Positions 46,981 through 54,414 of a stretch of 64,000 bases of DNA are shown piece after piece. The stretch is from a virus. Taxonomy: Duplodnaviria > Caudoviricetes. Below the pieces are notes generated by a model that saw only the letters and a program-made list of their open reading frames with translations, ran no database searches and had not been told where the DNA came from. The stretch is taken from the IMG/VR virus record IMGVR_UViG_3300044982_000010, positions 145-64,144 of that record, one strand, 5' to 3'. Each line of letters opens with the position of its first letter. Position 1 is the first letter of the stretch. A program made the translations under genes and the position numbers.

Positions 46981-47838
46981 CTACTCTTTCATCGTACTGG
47001 CTGAAGGCGACGCGAACCACAGCATGAACACCATGCTGTCTGCGCCCGGCGCTTGAGCAAAGGTGATCTTATTGTCTACCGCCGTATATTGGGTGGTGGC
47101 GTCCTGCCACACGCCGTCCACCGACACGAACAGGGTGTTTGATCCGTTGATCGTCACCGGCACCCCGATCACCGCTGATATCGTGAACGTCGTCGTCACC
47201 CCATCCGGCAGAATAGGCGTAATGTTGAGAATGTTGGCGCTGCCACCCGCACCACCGCCAGTGGCCGACAGCGACCAGAAGCTGGTCAACCCGTTGCTGA
47301 CGAAATCCCACAGCACAGCAGTCGAGGTGTCATACCAGCGGTCCAGCAAATTCGCCCCCACCGGGGGCGTAGCGCTGACAAAAAACCGTGGCGCGGTGTT
47401 CACAGTGATCGAACCATCGCCGCTGGTCGCCCCGCCACCGCCCGGAAGCGGCCAAGGCGACGGAAGGACCATGCAGCACTCACCCTCGCCAAGCACGTTG
47501 ACCGTCAGTACGTCAGTGCGTATCTCAGTATCTGCGAGCGTCGTGTTGATAATGATCTCGTAAGCGCGTCCGCCGATACCCCCCTCGACATAGAACGTCA
47601 GGAGGGTGTCAGTCGTATCGATAGCCGGGCTGTCAATCCATAACTGCGGCGAGCCACCCGGCCTAACCCGGAACGAGTAACTCAGGAGAGTAACCGCAGG
47701 GATAAGCTGACTATAGTCCACGCTGATCAACGAGCGCGCGTCTAAAGGCTTGGTGTAAGAGCCAAGCTGACCCAATGCGCTAGCGACGAACGACGTTGGA
47801 TCGGCCTGCACGCCCGGTATGAGATAAGGATAATTCAA
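46981..47838 (-). CDS. Fibre-associated structural protein; N-terminus paralogous to the next gene
   Basis: Likely TTG start overlapping the upstream stop. Shares DYSQL.P.VTL.SY.F.V...PQL...LTF...GG..G..Y.I with 45040..46977. Confidence 0.7.
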   Translation of the reverse strand: MNYPYLIPGVQADPTSFVASALGQLGSYTKPLDARSLISVDYSQLIPAVTLLSYSFRVRPGGSPQLWIDSPAIDTTDTLLTFYVEGGIGGRAYEIIINTTLADTEIRTDVLTVNVLGEGECCMVLPSPWPLPGGGGATSGDGSITVNTAPRFFVSATPPVGANLLDRWYDTSTAVLWDFVSNGLTSFWSLSATGGGAGGSANILNITPILPDGVTTTFTISAVIGVPVTINGSNTLFVSVDGVWQDATTQYTAVDNKITFAQAPGADSMVFMLWFASPSASTMKE

Positions 47839-48593
47839 GACACGTACCCCGTATAAGAGCCGAAGTACCTGAAGCGACTGTTCCACCCGGTGGGGAAGTT
47901 CCAGCGCTGCGCGCCGAAGCTGAACATGTTCCTGATTTCTGTACGAGCCAGCCCAACCGCCTCGTTGAACTTGCGCCCGTGATATTGCGACCCCGGCACG
48001 GAGGAGTAAGGCTTGCCCGGTTGCAGCATCAGATGGCAAATCACCCCTGACGCCAACCCGGACAGGTACTTCTCCATGATCCAATCAGGCGGGGTGACGA
48101 ACCCGTCCGGGTCGGTAGGGTCGCAGGTGTTGAGCGCCACCGTGGCGATCCACGTCTCGTTGACATAAGGGTTCTGAAAGATGCGCAAGATCGGACACTT
48201 GGAGCCAGCATTCAAAAGTGCCCCCGCGCGCTGCGTCCGAAAGATCGGGTTCTGGGCCTCTGTATAGGGCTGATCCTCACTCTGCGTCACCGAGAGGTAC
48301 TGGGGAGGACACATCGGTACGTATTGAGGAGGCCAAGGTCCAACGGGCGGCGGGGGCGAGCGCGGGCGAGCCAACCCCATCAGCCGGTTCACCACCACGT
48401 TCTGCCCGGTGGTTAGCTGATAGTCGTTGGTCTGCGGAATAATGTAAATAGGCAACTCCAAGAGCCAGATATTGGTGCGCTGGAAAAACTCCTTGAGAGT
48501 TTCATAAATCTGCATACGGACCATGCCGTCGAGCGCACCCGGCGCATTGATCCGCACGATGTCACTCAAACGCGCCATGTTGGTGGTGGTCAT
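47835..48593 (-). CDS. Head-tail adaptor (tail tubular A-like)
   Basis: EF...T..W...GV...L..QPGKPYS; position after the capsid genes. Confidence 0.6.
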   Translation of the reverse strand: MTTTNMARLSDIVRINAPGALDGMVRMQIYETLKEFFQRTNIWLLELPIYIIPQTNDYQLTTGQNVVVNRLMGLARPRSPPPPVGPWPPQYVPMCPPQYLSVTQSEDQPYTEAQNPIFRTQRAGALLNAGSKCPILRIFQNPYVNETWIATVALNTCDPTDPDGFVTPPDWIMEKYLSGLASGVICHLMLQPGKPYSSVPGSQYHGRKFNEAVGLARTEIRNMFSFGAQRWNFPTGWNSRFRYFGSYTGYVS

Positions 48594-48600
48594 AGCGCCC

Positions 48601-48996
48601 TCATGCCGCGTTCAACATCAGGATATGCTGCTGGAACTTCGCCATGAAGCCCTGCGCGCGTTGATCTTGCGTGTCGGCCACATCGTACATTTGCAGCCAA
48701 CCGGTGATAAACCAATAGATCGAAGTGACATATTTGGAAGGAACCGGCACCAAAGTGTCAGTATCCGTGGTCGTATACCCGCCCGGTATGCCGTCGCCAA
48801 TGTCGCCCTTGGTCAGCGGGCGCTGATACTTCAAGTCCAAGAAGATATCGGGCCGCAGCCGTTGCATCTCAGACACGGCGATATTGAGCGCGCCCACGAT
48901 ATCCGCATCGGCATACCTGTAAGGCGCAACCAAGTCCTGCAACAGGCTGCGCGCTATCGCCATGTACTCGCTTACGGGTGCATAGGTCTGCGCCAC
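48601..48996 (-). CDS. Head completion/adaptor protein
   Basis: AR.LLQD...RY.D......LN.......LRPD.F. Confidence 0.65.
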   Translation of the reverse strand: MAQTYAPVSEYMAIARSLLQDLVAPYRYADADIVGALNIAVSEMQRLRPDIFLDLKYQRPLTKGDIGDGIPGGYTTTDTDTLVPVPSKYVTSIYWFITGWLQMYDVADTQDQRAQGFMAKFQQHILMLNAA

Positions 48997-49016
48997 ACTT
49001 ACTCTCCTGAGTGAGC

Positions 49017-49050
49017 GGCCCCGGCGCTACGAGCATCAAGCGCCGGGGCC
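49017..49050 (-). terminator. Hairpin downstream of the capsid gene
   Basis: 12-bp inverted repeat GGCCCCGGCGCT / AGCGCCGGGGCC, adjacent to the palindrome at 48999. Confidence 0.55.
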
Positions 49051-49088
49051 TGACAGGCGGCGTACGTCAACGACGGGAGGTCGGACGC

Positions 49089-50081
49089 CTACGGACCCGC
49101 CTGCGTCACGATGGCCTGCGCGATAGCCTTGTTGTCCAAGACCTGCCGACCATAGACCTGCAACCCACGGAGGATTTGGCCGAACGTCCGCTCCGAACGG
49201 ATCGTCTCGACGTTGGTCATCTGCGAGGCGAAGGTCAGTCCATGTGCGTGACCGCCATAGATCACCCACTCGCCCGCCGCCAGCCCGGCAGCAACGCCGA
49301 ACGGCAGCAGGTTGGACGCGTAGATGGTGAACCGGTCAATCTGGCCGAACTTGCCGTTACGCAAGATACTGACCTGATCACCCGAGACGAACACCTCGCG
49401 CAATTCCGAACGCTTGAGTTGGAACGTCGCCCACGTCGGCATGACGACCCAGCGTCCGGTTTCAGGGATGTTAAGCTCATCCAACGCCTGCCCAATCCGC
49501 AACAGCACGTCGATGATTTCGACCTGCCCAGTGGCTGGGTTGCGCCCGACTGTGGCGACCGGGTTGCCGGTGACGCCGAGGTTGATGTTGCCCGAGATCG
49601 CCCCAGCGGCCACGCCCATGTTGGCGGGGTTGGCTTGGTTCATCAGGAACAACAGCACGTCGGTATCGACGGTGATCTTCATCTGCTCGGACGCGTCATC
49701 CGCCCAGATGGAGAGGTTGTTGATGTCCGACTGCTTCTCAATCACGTCATCCAAGATCGCGGCGAAATACTTGCCTTGGTCGATAGTGAGTTCCACCGCA
49801 TTGCCAGCGGGTCGCTGAAGGGCGAGGTCGCCGTTGACCAAGTAGTTGTTGATCACCAGCGTCGGCTTGGTGCGAATCTTGACTCTATCGCCGTAGGACT
49901 TGATCTCGCCTTCGTAGTCGGTGTTGCTGATCGCCGCCAGAACCGTGGCGGCGTAGAACTTTTCGATCAGCTTGCCCGACCAGATTTCGGGAATAAAACC
50001 AGCGGCGACATAGTCAGTCGAAGTGCTACCCGAAGGGTAGATAGGGGGTTGTGTCGCGGAACCCGCGAGGCCGAGAGCCAT
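49089..50081 (-). CDS. Major capsid protein
   Basis: FIPEIWSGKL...NTDYEGEI...GD.V.I...RGLQVYG..V; follows the scaffold-like gene. Confidence 0.88.
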   Translation of the reverse strand: MALGLAGSATQPPIYPSGSTSTDYVAAGFIPEIWSGKLIEKFYAATVLAAISNTDYEGEIKSYGDRVKIRTKPTLVINNYLVNGDLALQRPAGNAVELTIDQGKYFAAILDDVIEKQSDINNLSIWADDASEQMKITVDTDVLLFLMNQANPANMGVAAGAISGNINLGVTGNPVATVGRNPATGQVEIIDVLLRIGQALDELNIPETGRWVVMPTWATFQLKRSELREVFVSGDQVSILRNGKFGQIDRFTIYASNLLPFGVAAGLAAGEWVIYGGHAHGLTFASQMTNVETIRSERTFGQILRGLQVYGRQVLDNKAIAQAIVTQAGP

Positions 50082-50109
50082 GATACATCTCCGTTAGGCT
50101 CGATTGATC

Positions 50110-51285
50110 CTAGCGGATACGTCCCTCATTTCCCGCGCTAAAGAGAGCGGCTTCAATTGCCGCCGCTTCAGCTTCTCGTCCAGCGTATTTGCCAGCCGTC
50201 TTGTCGCGGTAGAATTGGGTTATATCCGCACGTGCGAAGATCGGCTTCTCGGGGGGGACAGTCGTTTGCCCCGTCTTGGCTCTGCCCGGCGCTGCAAATT
50301 GCATGAGGTCAACCTGCGGGGTGGGGGCGGGTAACTCTCGTGAGTAACCTGCTCCATTGCCCGGTTGTTGACCTGCGCCATTCGCAGGGCTACGTGCAGC
50401 CACATCAGATAGGAAGCTTCTGAAAATGTCCACAACCTGACCTGTCTGGTTTGAGTTGTGGGCAGCATCCAAAAAAGTCCGTCGTGTCCGGTGCGAGATC
50501 GGATCGATCTGATCCAGCCACGCCCCAAACTGTGGGCTATGGTTTATTGCATCCCAGTTCGGCACCTCCTGTGCTAGGTCTTTGTACATCTGCACGCGAG
50601 CGTCGTAGACGACGGTGTTCTGCACCCCGCCGACCTGACGCTTAACCTGTTGAAGCTCGCCCACCACTTGCTGGAGCAGCGGTTCGTAAACTTCCGCTGC
50701 TCGCCGCCCCATCACATCCATAAGCTCGGGGCCAAACTCCTCAATCTCTTTTTGCGTGACCCGCCTGCCGGGCGGTGGGGGTCTAACGTCAAATCTTACC
50801 CCTGATCCTTCTGACGTAGGCGGCGGGGTCACCTGCGCCATCAACCGCTGCATATCGGTGACCTGTTGGGTCAGCCTGCGCTTATCTTCCGTCTCCCGGT
50901 CGTAGCGCCCCTTGAGCGACTTGAACTGATGTTCCCAATCCTCTGGCGTCTGCGGCTGGGGAGGCGTAGGCGCAGGCGGCGGGGTAGTTCGCGATTGCAG
51001 CCGAGGGTCGTTCGGATCGGGCGGATTGGGCGAGCGCGGGTCAAAGTCGGCAGTGATCACAGTGCTAGGCGGTGTATTCGGCACGGGAGGTCTGGTGGTA
51101 GCGCCAATGGGCTGATCCGCGCCAGACGCCGCGTTGGCGGCTTTCGCCTCCTTGGCCTGCTGCACCAGCGCGTTGGCGCGCTCAGTGGCGGCGCGCACCC
51201 CATCAGGAACTTTCACGCTGGTGTCGGGTTTACCGCGCGCCGTTGCGCCGCCGATTGCTTCATGCCCTTGGATCGTGTCCGCCAT
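50110..51285 (-). CDS. Scaffolding protein
   Basis: Coiled coil WEHQFKSLKGRYD, PNW..IN....F..WL, C-terminal EGRIR; directly upstream of the capsid gene. Confidence 0.7.
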   Translation of the reverse strand: MADTIQGHEAIGGATARGKPDTSVKVPDGVRAATERANALVQQAKEAKAANAASGADQPIGATTRPPVPNTPPSTVITADFDPRSPNPPDPNDPRLQSRTTPPPAPTPPQPQTPEDWEHQFKSLKGRYDRETEDKRRLTQQVTDMQRLMAQVTPPPTSEGSGVRFDVRPPPPGRRVTQKEIEEFGPELMDVMGRRAAEVYEPLLQQVVGELQQVKRQVGGVQNTVVYDARVQMYKDLAQEVPNWDAINHSPQFGAWLDQIDPISHRTRRTFLDAAHNSNQTGQVVDIFRSFLSDVAARSPANGAGQQPGNGAGYSRELPAPTPQVDLMQFAAPGRAKTGQTTVPPEKPIFARADITQFYRDKTAGKYAGREAEAAAIEAALFSAGNEGRIR

Positions 51286-51286
51286 T

Positions 51287-51523
51287 TTATTTCTTCAGTT
51301 TGCTCGCCAAGTTTTCGATATGGATGAAGTCGTCCCGCAAATCTCTCATTCTTCGGTTCATGCCGACGTTAACCTGAGACTCCAACGCATTCGCTGACAG
51401 CGCCCGCTCGTACTCATACAACGTGAACGCCTTGAACGCCTCTATGAACGTCGCCCACGCATCAGGACTAACCTTACTTAGTGAGTAAGTCGCCCTGAGA
51501 TACTCATCCCGCTCCTCGCTCAC
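51287..51523 (-). CDS. Hypothetical protein
   Basis: Likely GTG start (MSEERDEYLRA). Confidence 0.55.
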   Translation of the reverse strand: MSEERDEYLRATYSLSKVSPDAWATFIEAFKAFTLYEYERALSANALESQVNVGMNRRMRDLRDDFIHIENLASKLKK

Positions 51524-51536
51524 GTCATAACTCAGG

Positions 51537-51815
51537 TCAAAACACTCTACGAGGCTTCGAGGTATTGAGGAGCGGCGGCCCATGTTCAATGATCGCATCT
51601 ATCAGATCGGGCTTCTCGCCCTTTTCGCCCGGCTCCTCCTTGCAATAGCAGTTGGTCATGATCCGCTCGGGACCAAGCCCAACCACCTCCTTGCCGACGA
51701 TGCTCCACAGGCCGGGAAGCTGCTCGCGCTTGCCGCCCGCGCCATAATCGTGAACGCCAATATCGGTGTCGCCGCACTCTTTGCTGTCCTTGCGTTGCTC
51801 GGATTTCTTATCCAT
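51537..51815 (-). CDS. Hypothetical protein
   Basis: GGAG RBS; MDKKSEQRK start. Confidence 0.5.
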   Translation of the reverse strand: MDKKSEQRKDSKECGDTDIGVHDYGAGGKREQLPGLWSIVGKEVVGLGPERIMTNCYCKEEPGEKGEKPDLIDAIIEHGPPLLNTSKPRRVF

Positions 51816-52086
51816 CCACGTTCTCCCAATCGTCCGCCAGCAAGTCGGCCTGCGAACACAACCAAGGCACCACATACCCCTGCGCCGTTTTCATGTCCAC
51901 ATGGGCGTGGTAGTCAACCTCCTTGCCGACCAACTCAGGACACGCCTTGCCCATCGGCCTGTCAGCCTCGACCTTAAACGTGGAGCCGGGAACGAGAAAG
52001 AGATACATCCCCTTGCCGTTCCACCCCGCGCGCCGGATGCGCCCGCCGCTCCTCAACCTGTTCACCGCCTGCCCGATATCCATCAC
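51808..52086 (-). CDS. DUF2829 / Tad2-like anti-defence sponge protein
   Basis: A...L..G..I.R.GWNGKGMYL...PW..SQ.DLLA.DW family signature. Confidence 0.85.
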   Translation of the reverse strand: MMDIGQAVNRLRSGGRIRRAGWNGKGMYLFLVPGSTFKVEADRPMGKACPELVGKEVDYHAHVDMKTAQGYVVPWLCSQADLLADDWENVDG

Positions 52087-52099
52087 TTACTCAACCGAG

Positions 52100-52459
52100 T
52101 TAGAGTTCCTCAATGATCGCGTTCAATGTTTCCGCGATCTCCCGCGTCAACGGGACAAAGCGATGATAATCCATGTTGTCGCCGGGCATCGCCAGCAGGG
52201 GGGTATCGATCCCCTGCGTCAGGATGACGGTGTTAATGTATTCGACGCACGGACGCAAGAAATATAACGGCATCCGCTCATCAATGTTCGACTGCGCCGG
52301 AACCAACACCTTAGAGCTTTCCAGCCCAAAGCAGTACTCCAAAATCTCGTTAGTCCTATCGCATATCCTTGCGACGATCTCCCGCCGCTCGCTCAGACCG
52401 CAATCAGCGTGAACCACCGCCAGCGGCGGCTTGGGAAAATTGCGCAGCACCACGTTCAT
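52100..52459 (-). CDS. Hypothetical protein
   Basis: Coupled ORF. Confidence 0.55.
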   Translation of the reverse strand: MNVVLRNFPKPPLAVVHADCGLSERREIVARICDRTNEILEYCFGLESSKVLVPAQSNIDERMPLYFLRPCVEYINTVILTQGIDTPLLAMPGDNMDYHRFVPLTREIAETLNAIIEEL

Positions 52460-52977
52460 GGGATCGCCACCCCGCCACTGGTAGCGCTGGCAGTGCCTTG
52501 CGGATTAAGCGCAGTGCAGGTGACGGTCAGCGTCGTGCCTTGATCGGCGGCAACAATGGCGTGGGTGGTGCCGCTGCCACCGTCAATCAGCGCACCATTG
52601 CGCCGCCAGCCGTAAGTATAGGTGTTCGGCCCATTGTCCCACTGCCCCGGCGCGGCGGTCAGCACGTCGCCCACCGCCGTACCCCCAGTAGCGTCAATCG
52701 TCGGCAGAGCGGTATTGACGGGCGGACCCACTTGGCCCGCCTCCGACAGCAGCGCGTTGAGCGCCGGAAGGAACCCGCTATAGTCCAAATCAGGCAGTGC
52801 AGGCAGCGCCTTGGCGACCCGCGCCACATTGATCCAGTGCAGGTAATTCCGCTGACTATTGGCCATCGTCGGCGCGGGCATCTGGTTGGGAGCCAGCCCT
52901 ATCGCCGCGCCTACGGCGCGAAGGGCAACCACCCGCGAGCCAAAGTCTACGTCGAGGATTTCGTCCATCGCAGCCAT
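52456..52977 (-). CDS. Protein with C-terminal Ig-like domain (possible head decoration)
   Basis: PPVNTALPTI...VGDVLTA.PG.W...YTY.W.RNG..I.G....H....ADQG..L...TA.N. Confidence 0.65.
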   Translation of the reverse strand: MAAMDEILDVDFGSRVVALRAVGAAIGLAPNQMPAPTMANSQRNYLHWINVARVAKALPALPDLDYSGFLPALNALLSEAGQVGPPVNTALPTIDATGGTAVGDVLTAAPGQWDNGPNTYTYGWRRNGALIDGGSGTTHAIVAADQGTTLTVTCTALNPQGTASATSGGVAIP

Positions 52978-53089
52978 ATCACATTCCCTAAAGTTTATGC
53001 CCGTGACATATCAGAACAGTACGGGAACAGACTTACTCTACCGTGAACGAATCAGGTACGCACGTCCCACGCACACAAAAGAGAGCTTG

Positions 53090-53416
53090 TCAACCCTCTT
53101 GAGTAGCTTTTCCTGAAATTCCCGGCACTTTCTTGCCCGCGTGACCCTTGCCGAACATCTCGCTCGACCCGCCGCCATCGGCCATCCGCACGCCCTCGGT
53201 GTAGGCTTCCTTCTCGGGGCCGATCCGATCCGCCACTACGCCGTCCGCGCCGCCGTTGGAACTCTTCCCCGACACGCCGCTTTCAGCTTCGTGCGCGGTG
53301 CCTTTGCCGAACATCTTGGTCGATCCGCCTTTGGCAAAGAAGTCAGGCTTCTCCGACCGGCTCATTTCTTTGGGCATCTCTCTGTCTCCTAGATCGAGTT
53401 CTAGTTGCTTACTCAC
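53090..53416 (-). CDS. Small Gly/Lys-rich protein with FAKGG and MFGKG repeats
   Basis: Coupled ORF; internal duplication MFGKG...SGK. Confidence 0.65.
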   Translation of the reverse strand: MSKQLELDLGDREMPKEMSRSEKPDFFAKGGSTKMFGKGTAHEAESGVSGKSSNGGADGVVADRIGPEKEAYTEGVRMADGGGSSEMFGKGHAGKKVPGISGKATQEG

Positions 53417-53607
53417 GAGAGTTTGCTCTCGTTGCCTCCGCGCGCCTTAGCCGCTCGCGGTTTGGCGTCAGGCCCGCCAATCCCTTTGGCGTCACGCTTG
53501 TCACGCACCACTGGCACGTCCTTGGGCATCTTGTCCACCCCGCCATGCTTAAGCGGCTTTGAGCTTAAGTTCTGAGTCGAGGTGAACGGACGCGCCTTAG
53601 CCATCAC
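53413..53607 (-). CDS. Small basic protein
   Basis: Coupled ORF; LKHGG and KARGG. Confidence 0.55.
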   Translation of the reverse strand: MMAKARPFTSTQNLSSKPLKHGGVDKMPKDVPVVRDKRDAKGIGGPDAKPRAAKARGGNESKLS

Positions 53608-53972
53608 TCGAAACTCCCCTGCGGCTTGACACGAGCCTTGGTGTCACCCTTGCTCTCTCCCCTGACAGAACCGCCTTTCTCGAATTTCTTCGCCCCCAAC
53701 CCTACGGTTCCTCCTTTGGCAAAGCCGCCAGAACCACCCATGCCGCCGCCACCCGGCATCGGAGGAGGGCCGGAGCCACCCGGCATCGGGGAAGCAGCGC
53801 CCGCGCCCATCGGCGGTTTGGGAGCGGGCGGTCTGGGAGGAGCCGCGCCGATAGCGGGCGGGGGGCCTCCCATCGGCTTGCCCGCCATCGCTGTTGGAGG
53901 TGCGCCCGGTTTGCGTCCGCCGCCGCCCATCTTCGCCATTCCCGGTCCCTTCATTCCTCTAATTCTCGGCAT
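53604..53972 (-). CDS. Pro/Gly/Met-rich protein with FAKGG/FEKGG
   Basis: GGAG RBS; low complexity. Confidence 0.6.
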   Translation of the reverse strand: MPRIRGMKGPGMAKMGGGGRKPGAPPTAMAGKPMGGPPPAIGAAPPRPPAPKPPMGAGAASPMPGGSGPPPMPGGGGMGGSGGFAKGGTVGLGAKKFEKGGSVRGESKGDTKARVKPQGSFE

Positions 53973-54414
53973 TTGGCTTTCTCCGTCCCATATTCACGGG
54001 AGTGCCGTCAAGAAGCGGAAGGCCAAGCGCATCCTCCCAATCCTCCCGCGCCGTCACGCGCATGTTCTCGACCCTCGTCACCGGCACCGTGCTGAGACGA
54101 TCCCGCACGTCACGCCAATCCGCAGGCACGCCGGTCAGCATGCGGTACGCCCACAAATCAACCTCATCGAAGGCATAACAGATCAGATTGCCCACCTTGA
54201 GCGGGCGCGGCCCCGACTGCCCGCTCTCAAACGCCTCCAGCTTCTGACTGGTCAGCGCCTTGCCAAACCGTTGCCTGAGATACAAAACCGCATCATCTGA
54301 CGCGACATAACCAGACGGGATCGCTTCCGGCCATTGCTCGATCAGCGGGCGGCGTTCTTGCGCCTGCTTTCTAAGCTGTTCGTCCCTCATCGCGTCAGCT
54401 AGGCTACGGTTCAT
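53959..54414 (-). CDS. Excisionase/AlpA-like winged-helix protein
   Basis: DAVLYL...L.......GPRPLKVGNLICY...VD.W; ATGA-coupled to the portal. Confidence 0.55.
   Translation of the reverse strand: MNRSLADAMRDEQLRKQAQERRPLIEQWPEAIPSGYVASDDAVLYLRQRFGKALTSQKLEAFESGQSGPRPLKVGNLICYAFDEVDLWAYRMLTGVPADWRDVRDRLSTVPVTRVENMRVTAREDWEDALGLPLLDGTPVNMGRRKPNAEN

Noticed and set aside
47839-48084. N-terminal extension of ORF 46981..48084 (likewise the track starts at 62451, 57005 and 11565)
   Set aside because: These extensions overlap upstream genes or promoters, and downstream starts have better RBS or coupling.
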